Assembly: GCF_018350175.1 (NCBI RefSeq)
Contig: NC_058368.1
Coordinates: 74,030,001 to 74,094,000 of the forward strand
DNA: 64,000 bases
Reading direction: 5' to 3'
Origin: Felis catus
Taxonomy: Eukaryota
A program made the position numbers and the translations under genes. Positions within the stretch are counted from its first letter, which is position 1, and every line of letters begins with the position of its first letter. The notes below the pieces were generated by a model. It saw nothing but the letters and a program-made list of their open reading frames with translations, searched no databases and was not told the origin of the DNA. Below, one piece after another: positions 1-12,699 of this stretch.

Positions 1-135
1 ACATCCTTGCGAAGTGGGCACTTATTACTATCCCGATTTTCAGTTGAGGATTTGAGGTTTGGTAAGTTCCCAAAACCTTGCACAAAATTATGCAGGTGAC
101 AAGGGAGAGAGAAGACGAAACCAGTCATGCAGACC
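1..135 (-). mobile_element. MIR SINE fragment
   Basis: Degenerate reverse MIR core (cccgattttcagttgaggatttgagg). Confidence 0.45.
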
Positions 136-450
136 ACGTGTTCTGGAAGCCCTGTCTGACTCCTGCTCATATCTGAGGCAGCACCTGGGACTTGGTGGAG
201 GCAAAGAAACTCAGGTAGGGTGAGTAATTCATAGTGCTTTGCACAAGACTTTACCACATCCAGCACAGAAAGTCCCTTGTCCCAGGAGACCTGTCAGTTG
301 TGGGGAAACCCAGATGGTCTGTAATCCTAATCCCAGTCTCTGCCTTGAGCAAAGAGATCATAATTTGCATTGCAAACACCACAACTGATGCACAAGATAC
401 ATGGAACGTATTGTTTTTTAATGTGTCATTCATTTTCTAAAAGTTTTCTA

Positions 451-637
451 GGGGTGCCTGGGTGGTCCAGTCAGTTGAGCATAAGACTCTTGAATTCGGC
501 TTAGGTCATGATCCCAGGGTCATGGGATTGAGCCCCACATCGGACTCTGTGCTGAACATGGAATTTAGGATTCTCTCTCTCCTTCTGATCCTCTCCCCCA
601 CTTGAACACATACACTCTCTCTCTCTCTCTCAAAAAA
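451..637 (+). mobile_element. Can-SINE (older SINEC type)
   Basis: GGGGTGCCTGGGTGG head, tRNA-like A/B boxes, (CT)n and short A tail. Confidence 0.92.
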
Positions 638-639
638 TT

Positions 640-692
<53 letters not shown>
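640..692. repeat. Compound (TA)n(TG)n microsatellite in SINE tail
   Basis: Directly visible. Confidence 0.97.
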
Positions 693-694
<2 letters not shown>

Positions 695-1294
695 TTAATA
701 GGTTTCTAGAGAAACTAAATCTTGGGGCCAGCTTTCATTTGCTGCATTGACAACAGCTCAGTGGATCTAGGCATACACCATGCTCATATGGATTAAAATT
801 CTGATTTATTCATCACTAGAAATTCCTGTCTTCTGAAGAAAGAAGTTGTCCCACTATCCAGAAGTGACATCGAACTCCTCAGAATTATCATGGTTTGAGC
901 TCACAGCACTGCAAAAACTGCATATGAAAAAGAGAGGCCCGTGTGATTATTCCCTCTGATTGTAGCAAGAAGGATGTAGGTTGTCAAAAAATTGTAATTT
1001 TAACTGAGAAGTGACATATAAATGCATTGATATAGTACAGAACATACCTGACGTCTGTATTGCCAGTCTCCCTTTGTATTCTCCCTGGATTAGGAGGCTG
1101 TATCACTTTATTAGTGGAAGCCACACTTGTCATACCCCAGTTTAAATGGTATGGCTTGTTTAATAAGCCTTTCATATTTCACTTATACACTTTTATGCCT
1201 TGGATTTTGCAAACAAAATTCTCCCAGCATGTGAAATCTCAGGGGACGTAGCTAGAATACTGAGAAAGTTGGCAATGACTATTTCTATCTTACA

Positions 1295-1445
1295 GCATAG
1301 ATTAAAAACAGTTAGACCTGGAAGAGACCTTAGGGAAAATATAGCCCATTTATTTTATGAAGGAGGAAATTGAGACTTATCAGAGTTCAGTGACTTCCTA
1401 CGGCCATCCAGCAAGTTCATAGTACAAACAGGCTTAGAATAGACC
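1295..1445 (-). mobile_element. MIR/MIR3 fragment
   Basis: ttttatgaaggaggaaattgagac...agtgacttcc resembles reverse MIR core. Confidence 0.5.
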
Positions 1446-2212
1446 GTCACTGAGAACAGATCTGACAACATTGGGTTTACCTTGAGCACTCCTCACGTTA
1501 CTTGAAACAGAAATTAATAGCTGTTACACCGAAAGAAAATTTTAGACTCTCGCTGAAAAATTACATGATCACAGATGTCTGTTTGAGGGAAAGTGGAGTA
1601 TGGCATTGCAGAGAGGTGCCGTGAAGGGTTGTTCCCTTTTGCACCCGCAATCGAGGTAGCAGGGTCAGCAACAGCTCACGGAAACTCGGGAGAATCATGC
1701 TCCACGTTTGATGTAATTTCTAATCTTAGGAAAACTAATTAACTCTTCACTATCTTACTTTTCTCATCTGTAAAGTTTGTTCCCTCCCTGTAAAGCAGTT
1801 CCCTCCCTGACTGAAGTGATTATTGGAAGAAAGACATTGGCTATCGCATGCCTACCATATGGCACTACAGAGGGGATAGGAGGGAGTCTTCTCATCATTA
1901 TGTAGATCTCCCTGCTAAGGAAGAGAAGGAGGGAGGGTGTACCTCAGAAAGTCTGAGAACAAGAGAAGATCAGCAGTGGTGAGATCAAGAGAAGGAAAAG
2001 AAACTAGCATCAGAATTGAAAAGTCTTCATTTCAAACTCAGAAAGAGAGCAGGAAAAGAGAATAAAATGTTGAAAAAAACAGCAGAAGGAGCAAAGGTTT
2101 TACATTTTTAAGAGAGGAAAAGACACACTTGGTAAGAGAAGTAGAACATGTTTGATTCGCTATAGAAAGGATGAACAACTTACTCAGATTCTTAAAGAAG
2201 GGTTTTTATTTA

Positions 2213-2433
2213 AAAAAATTTCTTTTTTCAACATTTATTTATTTTTGGGACAGAGAGAGACAGAGCATGAACGGGGGAGGGTCAGAGAGAGAGAGGGAGA
2301 CACAGAATCGGAAACAGGCTCCAGGCTCCAAGCCATCAGCCCAGAGCCTGACGCGGGGCTCGAACTCACGGACCGCGAGATCGTGACCTGGCTGAAGTCG
2401 GACGCTTAACCGACTGCGCCACCCAGGCGCCCC
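2213..2433 (-). mobile_element. Young felid Can-SINE (SINEC_Fc type)
   Basis: Reverse complement reads GGGGCGCCTGGGTGGCGCAGTCGGTTAAGCGTCCGACTTCAGCCAGGTCACGATCTCGCGG; CpGs largely intact. Confidence 0.97.
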
Positions 2434-3099
2434 CCTGAAGTAATTTTTGTCATAAAGGCCTCGACTGGAAAGCCAATGGAGATGAGAGAGACACCTGAGC
2501 AGTCGGGGACACCACGAATGACAGCACACGGTGCCCACCTTAGGAGCAGGCAAACTATGACTTATTTGTGAAAGGAATTTCTGGAGAAGAAAATAAAAAA
2601 TGCTGCCCAAATATCATCAAAAAAGCCATAAAGCAGCAGCAGGATAAGGCCGTTTATGTATTATTTACAAATGAAATGCTTGCTAAAGATCACATACGCC
2701 CATAGTTAAAAGACATGGGAAGATGGTGTCACCTGAGTAAGAAACTAGATCGTCTTTCAGTGTAGAATGGGGATATACACGTGAAGGAAACTGTACCTTC
2801 TCCCTGCGGGTGCCTGAGACACATGTGGGGCCACTCATGGGCCACACGTGCAAGCCTGTGTATGACTTACGTAGGGGGACCTCTCTCTTAACCCAGTGCC
2901 TGAGGTGGGAGGCGATGGACACAGAAGCACATAATAAATTGCAAACTTTGTGTTGGCAACAGGAAAGAGGTTTGTTCAGCTTAGAATCAGAGTAGAGTTT
3001 AGGTGAAATTCAGGAGTTCACCTGGAAGCGAGAGCAGGTATGGAAGGAATCGTATCGAACTGGATTTGTCCAGAACATTAACACCTACGATCAGTATGG

Positions 3100-3320
3100 A
3101 AAGAAGGCTCGCCAGACACTGTAAAGTGCTTAAGGTGGATCATTGCATCCTTACAATAACTCTTTAAGATAGGATCTATTATCTTCTTGTTTTATAGATA
3201 TGGGCTGAGGCTCCTGGGGTCAACTAACTTCAACACCATATTAGAATGACATCAGGGAGGAGCTTGGCATCAGTTAACCTGGCGTGTTTGAATCCTGAGT
3301 TCATGTGACTTCCAGTCTCT
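3100..3320 (-). mobile_element. MIR fragment
   Basis: ttttatagatatgggctgaggctc...aactaactt, reverse MIR core. Confidence 0.5.
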
Positions 3321-3321
3321 G

Positions 3322-3530
3322 AGAGGTGGTGCATTGTAGGGTTAAGAACACAGACTCTGAAGCTAAATTTTCTGAAGAATACTTAGTGGGATAACTGGAG
3401 GAAGTTAGTTGACCTCTCTGGGTCTTACTTTTCTCTCCTTCCAACTGTTTTTTAGGAGGAATAAACTAGTTAACATGTACAACGTCTTTATCATAGTTCC
3501 TAGTTTGTGCAATCATGTAATAAATATTAA
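3322..3530 (+). mobile_element. MIR fragment
   Basis: gcattgtagggttaagaacacagactctgaagc head; gttgacctctctgggtctt core. Confidence 0.55.
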
Positions 3531-3907
3531 CTCTAGCTTCAACCTTTCCAAGGTTAAAGAGACAGAAAGCAAAGATCAAGACAGTACATCTGTGCCATTG
3601 TCTGTGCCATTGCGCTCTAGTAACTGATTATCAACAGGTGGGTTTTGACCATTTAATGGAAATTACAATGGTTTCCTCACATGGCCATTCCTTCAAATCT
3701 GTCCCTGATAACTTTATACCTGACTTCCACAGCAGACACCTGCATCCTCCTGAAGTAATTCACTTGGATCTTTGATTTACATCCCAAACTCTGCTTTGGT
3801 TCTGCCATTTTCCCCCCAAAAATTCACCAAGCATCGCTAATGCTACCAAAATAAAGTCTCAAATACACAAATTGGCTTGTCACAATCAGGATTTAGTTTG
3901 CCTTAAG

Positions 3908-3964
3908 TTTTTTTTTTTTTTTTAATTTTAGAGAGAAAGTTAGTACAAGTGGGGGAGGGGCAGA

Positions 3965-4016
<52 letters not shown>

Positions 4017-4144
4017 CTTAATCAGGTTCTATGCTCATCAAGAAGCCCAATCAATGCAGGGCTCGAATTCACGAACCATGAGATCATGACCTCAGACAAT
4101 ATCAAGAATCAGACATTCAACCGACTGAGTCACGTAGGCACTCC
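3908..4144 (-). mobile_element. Can-SINE
   Basis: Poly-T, (GA)n, SINE body; TSD ta(g/a)tttgcctt at 3894-3904 and 4145-4155. Confidence 0.93.
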
Positions 4145-4579
4145 TAATTTGCCTTTTGCACTATATTTTCCTTAAGGGTCCTTCACATAAACTCCCAGGC
4201 CCTGCTGAACTGGCACCATCAGTGTAGTAACTGACCCTGAACACGGCTTCGGTGGTCCCGTTTATATTTTTAGACACATGCTCCATACCATTTTCCCGAC
4301 TGCATCTATACCGTCCTCTAGTAAAATCTTTCTGTTAACAGGTAGAGCTTATCATATTGACCATTTGGCATTAACGTACAGAATTGGGCCTCCCATCTTT
4401 TTGTTTCATTCTGTATGTTAATATCTTGCCTCCTCGGATATGAAGATAAACCCGATAGAGACAATACTTCCTGTTTGCCTGTAGGGCTGGAGCACGGATA
4501 AGTAAATGACACAAGAAAGCCTGGGGAAAGGGAGAATAAAAGAAGAATCTTTACAACTAATGAAACAGAAAAAGTCAAC

Positions 4580-4810
4580 ATGTGAGACAAGTAGAGGAAA
4601 GATCAGAAATTCACCGATATTTACCCAACTTGTTGAAGATGTGGTTGGCTAAGGAAAGCCCAGGTTGGAGCTCCTTAGCCACAAGAGAAAGATTCCCATT
4701 CACTCAATAAAGGACCAGCATTTGGGAAGACTGAGGAGAGTTGGAGTGAAAATGCAAAACAGTCTGAGTTTTAGGAAGTTGGAGTTGGAAACAATCTGTG
4801 TATCTTGTGC
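4580..4810 (-). mobile_element. L2 fragment
   Basis: Purine-rich degenerate L2-like sequence (gagttttaggaagttggagttgga). Confidence 0.4.
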
Positions 4811-6942
4811 GGAAACCACGGAGAAGGATACATTAGAAAAAGTGCACGGCTGAAGGTGGCCTGGATTAATTCTATGAACGGTGGAGGTTTTAGCAACCAC
4901 ACGGCTGCTTCAGCACAGAAGTGTCAACAGGAATCTTGAAGGCAGCTACAGCTTTGAGTTGGCCTCATTTCCTAGGGCTGCTGGAGAAACAAAGTCACAT
5001 CGATGTGTATTTTTTCCTCCACTCTCCTTTGCCATGCCACCATAACAAAGAAGCCACGGGCATCCCGGACACTTCCCGGACTAGAGCCTGTCATCTTTCC
5101 ACCCGACCACCAGGCTGGTGGGTGACTTCAGTTTCCCCTTGGAGGTTCTCGTGAAAATAGGAAGACAGACAGCGAGGTTTGTCAAGTCTGTGCCGCACGC
5201 ACCACACCTATCCGTGTACACACGGGAAGAGACGCTTGGACGTGGCCTCCATTTCTGGGTACTACAAGATTAATGTTCTGAGGGGACTTGGTTGCATTAC
5301 AGGAAAAGCTGGTCCCAGCAGGGACTGCCAAAATAAAAATGACATATGACACAAAGTATTTGGAGTCGTTCTGTAGAAAGGGGGGGGGGGATAATATCCA
5401 TACCATATGCCATGAGAATTCACTTATAGGAGAAAATATACAGCCGATTGAATCGGGGAAAAATTATTCCCCACCAAGAAAAAAAAAATGCCGATACCCA
5501 CGGCATGGGAATTTGGTTTCTTCGAGGCGGCAGGTTGCTTTGGAGAGGAGAAAATGTACAGAAGGATCAAGAAGCCCGAGGGTGGGGCCGATGATTAAAT
5601 GGTGAGAAGAGTTTGGTGGGAGAAATATTTGAAGAAGATCGGGGAAAGGCAGGAAGGGATAAAAACAAAGCAAGGCAATTTAGGAAAGAAATCAGTCCTT
5701 GGCACTGGGGAAATGTCTTTAGCGATTGCACGAGGGAAAGAGAAATTACCCGAATAATAGATTACAAAACAAATGAGAACAGCCTGTTTGAGAGTGCGAA
5801 GATAATAGAACAAGAAGCTGAAGATAAACCTTAGGAATGGCCGGTGCCCAGGCAGATGCCCCAGGTTGTCGCTGCTGCTGGCACTCCCGCTGCGACTTAT
5901 TTATCTCACAAAAAAATATTGTTTAAACTAACTCACTGTGAAGGTTTCTACTATAATTTGCCAGGGGATATCTGGCCAATTGACTTTACAGGATACGTGA
6001 TTGAAGAAAACAGGTAAGCCTTTGATGGAAGGGATTTGCTAAATCAACTACTGCTAAGTTTTTGTTTGTTTGTTTGTTTTTTAAATCAAAACGTAACATC
6101 CAAGGAAGCACAGGGGAGATGCCTCACGTGCCCAGAAGGGAGCAGAGCTTGAAGTCAATAGGGGAGGAGGAGGATACTATCCCTTCCTCTAGAAGCCTGG
6201 TTCAGTCATCTGCTCAGACCCGGGGTCTATCTGGCACACGGTAGCTGTTCTTCTCCCACGAGTAGGCTGGTGGGAGCTTGGTGCTTCTGTCTTCCGCATC
6301 ATCATCAAAAAGTAAAGAAGAGTGAAAAAGGGAGGGTGTGTGAGCTCTATGGTGTCCACCCACTGTAGAGGAAATATTATCTTCAGTTTTTCTTTTTGGG
6401 TCTTCAGGGACTAGGTGCCCGGGCGGTGATAGAACTGCCCGCCTTCTGATTTCTTTTCCCCTCATCTGTTTGTTCCACCACAAAGACTGTGCTGTCACTG
6501 CATTCAAGGCACAATGCCAGGCACATCTCACTGAGCCCGTCCTCATCGTTGTGGGTCACAGGAGAAAACTGAGCCCAGGCTTTCTGGGTCCTCACCGCCG
6601 GGCTGGCTGTACAGTCAGAGATCATTCTGGCGTGCGGACAGAAGTCAAGCAGGCAGAAGGACAGAGGGTCTGGCTGAAGCAAAACTCCCCAAGAGGAGAA
6701 CCTGTGTGTGGTGCCCACACCTCCTTTTCTCATGGCCTTCCTTTCCTTGGGAGTTCTTTGGACACTCACGTCGCCCCTTGCTGCTCATGCCCCCTTGTGT
6801 GTGTGTGACCTTTCAGGGGGGGGTATTCTTCTACCCAGCATCCCCTATGATCACCTTCCCCTCTCTCTTTGCTCCCTAGCTCACCTTTCCAGAGTTATAT
6901 CCCATTGTCTGTGTTCTCTCTTCTTTAAGAGAATAAACTCTT

Positions 6943-7160
6943 TTTAAAAAAGTTTATTTATTTTTGAGAGAGAGAGAGAGAGAGAGACAGCACACAAGTG
7001 GGGGAAGGGGCAGAGAGCGAGGGAGACACAGAATCTGAAGCAGGCTCCAGGTTCTGAGCTGTCAGCACAGAGCCCCATGAGGGGCTTGAACTCAGTAACT
7101 GTGAGATCATGACCTGAGCAGAAGTTGGATGCTTAACCAACTGAGCCATCCGGGAGCCCC
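6943..7160 (-). mobile_element. Can-SINE
   Basis: SINE body; degenerate TSD tttaagagaataaactctt / tctaagggaatgaactctt. Confidence 0.95.
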
Positions 7161-7426
7161 TCTAAGGGAATGAACTCTTAATAAACTCTTAAGGGAAGAA
7201 CACTATGCATTGATGTTGAGAGTACGTTTTATGATTTTCGGTTTACAATCAATTCCGTATGTGTGTTCTTCGGCATTCACGAGCACTGGACAATAGCAAG
7301 CAGTTACTGCCACCCTTCTCTGGTAGAAGTATAGAGCATTGGAAGGAGATGTGAACATCAATCACGTGCATACAAAGATTCAGAGCTTGGAGTTGAACCC
7401 AAGTTTTCTGACGGTAAGTCCAAATA

Positions 7427-7667
7427 CAACCGAACCTTAGATTGTGAGTAACTTGTTCTGGGAGGGTTCTGCAAGATGGGCAAACATTTCTAGTAACTTT
7501 TAACTGGAAAAATGAGTGATGTCTTGCAATACGAGAAGTACGTGTCGCTGAATGTCACATGATCACAACTGAGCCAATCGTTCTTGAAATTTGCTTTGAT
7601 ATACGAGTGCTTTGGATTACAGGCATGTTTCTGGAATGAATCATGCTTGCAAACCAAGGTTTTACTG
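7427..7667. mobile_element. Tc1/mariner-superfamily (Tigger-like) MITE
   Basis: TA on both sides (7425-6, 7668-9); imperfect TIRs caaccgaaccttagattgtgag ... cttgcaaaccaaggttttactg; 241 bp, no ORF. Confidence 0.8.
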
Positions 7668-7838
7668 TATATTAATCCTTCCAGTGATGTTTTCACCTGA
7701 AAAATCTGGAGACACGATGCCTAAACGCTTAGATATTCCTAGGAATGGGGAGTTTCAAGCTAGCCAGCTGGGATGATCATTTTGCAGTAGAGGGAGCACT
7801 GCCAATAATTAAAATTGAGTTTGTAAGACCCTACTTTT

Positions 7839-8065
7839 ATTTTTATTTTTTTTAATTTTGATTTTTTTAAGGTTTATTCATTTCTCAGAGACAGAGCATG
7901 AGTGGGGGAGGGGTAGAGAGAGAGAGGGAGACACAGAATCTGAAACAGGCTCCAGGCTCTGAGCCGTCAGCACAGAGCCCAACAAGGGGCTTGAGCTCAC
8001 GGACTGCGAGATCATGACATGAGCCAAAGTCAGACGTCCAACTGACTGAACCACCCAGGCGCCCC
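7839..8065 (-). mobile_element. Can-SINE (felid type)
   Basis: SINE body; exact TSD aagaccctactttt at 7825-7838 and 8066-8079. Confidence 0.97.
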
Positions 8066-11000
8066 AAGACCCTACTTTTTAGAAGGGAAACAAGGTTGGA
8101 AAACAGACAGATGGATAGATTTCTAAACACGTTTGGGTCAGAAAATCTTTGAGCAGGGCAAAATATTTGGTTTCTGAATAAATCATAGTTTGTGATTATT
8201 GTTAGCCAAAAAATGGTGAACTAAGAAGGTAATATAGTTCAGATCAGTGAGGCAGCATATTAGGAACAAATCTAAAAATAACAAATTTCAAGGTAGGTTC
8301 TGGAGACTTCATGATAGGAAATAAAAGTATCGGCCATTTATTGTTCTTCAAATGCCTAATAATTGGCAATTGATGACTAAAAGGCAAATTACTGTCTTCA
8401 AGGTCATGATGGATGCCTGAAGCATTCAGAGTCCAACATCAATAAATATGTAGGAAGAATAATTTGTCTGAGGAACAAAACATAGAATGGAAAAAGGACC
8501 CACACACATCCTAGCCATATTTAGAGCCAATCGCAAAGAAAAAAAAATAATACGTGAGTCAGGACAGAAAACATGTTCAAAGCAAATAAGTCTACAGGAA
8601 AATGTGAAGGAGAACTAATTGCCCTCTTTGAAGTAAATATAATATGATTACATTCAATTAGAAATTCCATTCCTGTACGGGAATAGCTTTGGGGGTAAGC
8701 GGCAGGCAGGGCTGGGAAACCACACGGTCCGCTTCATCCTGTTTACGCTAGAGACACGGGAGGAAGACAAACCGTCGGTTGACAGTAAGCGGCCTCACGC
8801 TTTGAAGGCAGGTGGCTGTGTGCCTAAAGTCACAGGCATGCAGAGGTCTGCTCCTGAGTTCATTTCATGAGAGACAAGTCCAGCCACTACCGCGCACAGA
8901 AAACCCATATCCCGGAAAGCAAGCCACCACCCCCTGCCCCCGCGCCACAAAGACCTCTGGACTTCTACACACCCTGTGTTTTTATGAGCTCATCTTCTCT
9001 CTCCCGCTGTCAATGGGAGAGAGGATGGGGCTCACTCGGAGACTTGAGAATTCAGCTCATTGCTCATAAGTTCGAGTTTTAGGATTTGAACAACTTTTAT
9101 CAGTAAATAAAGGTCAACCATCTGGCAGCAATGTGTCTATTTGGCTCTGCTTTGGTTTTCTACACTATGTTATAAAAATATTACAGCTTAGTATGACATT
9201 AGCCGAGTGTGACATCTGGGCTTATACAAAATATAAGAGTTGGCAGGGGGACTAATTTCCCTTCTGAAAAATTGCCATGGCACAAAGGGACTGAGGACGA
9301 CCCGATGGCTGAGAATAGAGCCCTGGACATGGCTGTCCTTCAGCCAGCAACGTCCTCCAGAATGTCTGCCTGGAAGGGGGAAGGGGCCTAATTACCCCAG
9401 AGGATCACATTGATGGATCGCCGTGGGCCTTTGAGAATGGAGACTATTTTAGCAAAAGAGGAAAATTTTTCTCTACCTGCAGTGCTAGGTGGTCATGCAT
9501 TCAAGAATTAAATGAGACTACTTCAAAAAAAAAAAAAAAGCCCCCAAACCTCTAGGTATGGCAGTAATAAAGCCGGGCAGCTTTTCAGTGGGTTTAGATG
9601 TTAGAACATTTACTTTGGGGGTTGAAAATGTATAATTAAATTTTGGCACTGCTTTTAGGTGGTAATGATTTTTATTAAATTCCTTTTTAGTATGACCCTT
9701 TTTATGAGTTCAAGACAAATGCCATATTTATTTTTTCCCCCTTAGGCTCTCTGGGTGCATTTTAATGCACCGTAATCTGAAAGATATCGAGTCACTGACA
9801 AAAAGAATACATACATCTGCACAGGACCATTGTGCAATCTCAGTTAGAAGCTGATTTTTTTTTTTTTTTTAAAAGAGAGAGGATCAAATTTAAAGAAAAT
9901 TTCTCTCCTCCTCTCTGGGCACTCAATTCTTGTGAAGATTCAGGCACTATTGATGGCCGATGGTACTCATAAATGGAAAATTGTAGTAGCAATTTTCCAC
10001 AGGTGTTGAAAAAAAATCTCAAAGCTTTAAGATGTCCAAAGCTCTGGTGGCTATTTAGGGATAACTAGGGGATAAGAAATGTTTTATCAGGAATCGAAAT
10101 TACTGAAACCATGAAAATCCAAAGTTCTTGCAAAATGCTGCATGATGGTAACAGGGAGCACATTGGTGATTTGTGATGGTGGTATTTCCATTTTTTTTTT
10201 TCTTTCTGGTCAGTGGTGGCCAAGGTGAAATACTATAAACTTCCTTCTGTCCATCACTGCCTGATTTCCTTATTTAAGGAGGAAGTAGCAAGTTACCACG
10301 AGTCCCCCATCCGACTTGGGAAACATTTAGGCAGAGATGGTTATCTAGGAGGGTCACGGTCAACGAGACAACAGGGAACTGTACTTAGAGAGCAGGTGCC
10401 TGGGTTCCTCCTCTGTAGCTCCTTCCAGCTACTAACGGAGGCCCGGGTCAGGGGACCTTACCTGTTGCTACTTTCCTCAGACTCTGACTGATTCCCATTC
10501 TAGCAATCAGTGACAAGCACTGTGTGCTTCTGGACTTGATAGGTATGATCGCAGGGGTTGGGGAAAGATCTGGGTGATTTTACTTTCCTTCGGCGGTCCT
10601 ATCTCCAGGGGAACTTGCTTCACAAAGCGGCTCCCAACCCCCGAGAGTCGTTTTGTTGTTAAAAGGTTGCAACACCGCCTGTGACCTGGGGAAGCTGCGA
10701 GCTATGACGGTGCCTTTCGCAGTCAGATTTTCCGGCCCTCCGTTGACAAGACTTTGCTCCTCGTTGCTGTCCTGCATTTGGTATTTTCCTTCTTCCCTCG
10801 GGGGATTCTCAAGGTAGAAGAAGACCCTGACATGATTCCAGGGGGCCAAAGGTGAAGGGCATTCCCAGGGCATCCGGGACACGTAGAGACTCCAAGGGAA
10901 ATGACCTGTGTTGTCCCTCCCGGGTTCATGCCCGAGGCTCACCTGGGTGTACCTGCCACTTTTGTCCAGCTCCTGGCCACGTCTCTACTGCCGCCGTGCT

Positions 11001-11189
11001 GACAGGCAAGAACCAGGCTCTGCCTCGGTGCCTGAGCCCTCGGACCGAGGGCTGTCTGTCTCTCCTCGGCCTCTTCTGAGACTGTGGGGTCCAGACCTCA
11101 GACGCGCAATCAGATTGGGAACTGAGTCAGCGGGTTGTGGGTTGTAACACCATGCACCACACTCCCAAATTGTACCTCTCCCCCTCCCT

Positions 11190-11638
11190 TTTGTTTCTAC
11201 TGGGATATAGCTTGTATGTCATACAGTTCATAGATTTGAAGTGTACAATTCACTAGTTTTTGGTACATTCATAAGGTTGTACCTCCATCACCGATTCTAG
11301 AGCCGTCTCATCACCACCGAATAAATCTGTACCCATTATCACGCCCATTCACTTCTATCCCTTCCCCTGGAAACCACTAATAGCCTTACGTGTCTGTGGA
11401 TTTGCTTGTTCTGGGCATTACCTAGAAATGGAATTCCTACAATAGGTGGCCTTTGTGTTTGACGTCTATCACTTAGCATGATGTTTTCAAAGTTCACCCA
11501 TGTGGTGCCTGCCAAGTGTCAGAATTTCCTTCCTTTTTAAGGTTGAATAATAGTCCACTGTATGCAGATACCACAATCCGAGTGTCCATTTATCCATTGG
11601 CGGACTTCTGGGCTGTTTCCATTTTTTGTTTAATGCTG
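11190..11638 (-). mobile_element. Old L1 (L1MA/MB-like) 3' end fragment
   Basis: aagtgtacaattca...tcacttagcatgatgttttcaaagttcacccatgt, typical reverse L1M 3' UTR/ORF2 end. Confidence 0.8.
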
Positions 11639-11649
11639 CTAGAAACATT

Positions 11650-11673
11650 AAATTTTTTTAATATTTATTTATT

Positions 11674-11709
<36 letters not shown>

Positions 11710-11871
11710 AGTGGGGGAGGGGCAGAAAGAGAGGGAGACACAGAATCCGAGGCAGGCTCCAGGCTCTGAACTGCCAGCACAGAGCCCAACACGGGGCTTG
11801 AGTTCACAGACCGCGCGATCATGACCTGAGCCGAAGTCAGACACTTAACTGATTGAGCCACTCGGGCCCCC
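11650..11871 (-). mobile_element. Can-SINE
   Basis: SINE body; TSD ctagaaacatt at 11639-11649 and 11872-11882. Confidence 0.96.
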
Positions 11872-12034
11872 CTAGAAACATTTTTTGGACAATTTTTTGT
11901 GGGATCGTGTTTTCAACTTTCCCTCCTCATTTCATTACTTTTATGGGCTAAGGTCACAAGACTAAATCCCTTCCACCTATTTTATTTTATTTTATTTTAT
12001 TTTATTATTTTGTTTTTTATTTATTTATTTTGGA

Positions 12035-12158
12035 GAAGCAGTATGTATAGTGGAGAGAGTATAGGCTTTGGGGCCGTATAAAATTGGATGCAATTTCCAA
12101 GTCTGCTATCTAATCTCTCAGCCTCAGTTTCTTCATCTGCAACGTGGGTATGAGAATT
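12035..12158 (+). mobile_element. MIR fragment
   Basis: ctctcagcctcagtttcttcatctgcaa core. Confidence 0.6.
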
Positions 12159-12164
12159 GGGCAC

Positions 12165-12460
12165 TCCCCAACTCTCAGTGACTTACAGAAACAAAGGTTT
12201 ATCCTTCACACTAAATGTTGAGTATAGCTGTACTCTTCATGGCTTCCTTATTTTGGGTTTTGTGCCAAAGGAGCAAGCACGACCTGGGATGCATCTTTCT
12301 TGATGCGGAAGGAAAAGAACAATGGCAGAACCGTGTAACAGCTCTGAACTTCTGTTTCGGAGTCTAAAGCATGATTTCTGCTCATAGTTCGTTGTCCACC
12401 GCCAGTCACATGGCCAGGTCTAATGTCATTGTTGCATGGTGTATATGCCTCCCATAGGGG
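12165..12460 (-). mobile_element. MaLR LTR relic (MLT1-like)
   Basis: ccccaactctcagtgacttacagaaacaaaggtttat (reverse MLT1 3' end) and agtcacatggcca motif. Confidence 0.6.
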
Positions 12461-12699
12461 GAGCCAGTCTGGAGCAGGGACCTGTAGAAAAGACATAGAA
12501 AGGCATAAGAAAAGAATAAGACACAAGACATAAGAAAAGACATAGAAGAGAATAATGTGGTCTTCCACATGGGACTTCCACATTACCATGCACACAGCGG
12601 GAACAGCAGAATTAGGATATCATGTCTTCCTGGACTCCCTTCTACCTCGATAACAAATTTACCCCAGTTTGTCTTGCTGTCTCTTCCTCTTCCTATAAC

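Noticed and set aside
2152..2610. Recurring peptides such as MAQSV...EPASDSVSPSLSAPP and RQRETEHERGR in the ORF track (also near 6958, 11658, 14484, 30656, 32702, 43603, 63381)
   Set aside because: These are translations of Can-SINE sequence, not a protein family.
5288..5605. 105-aa ORF with a basic PPRKKKCR stretch
   Set aside because: Non-ATG start, runs through G and A homopolymers, no recognisable domain.
12485..12555. Degenerate AGAAAAGACAT-like tandem repeat
   Set aside because: Ordinary slippage-derived low-complexity sequence.
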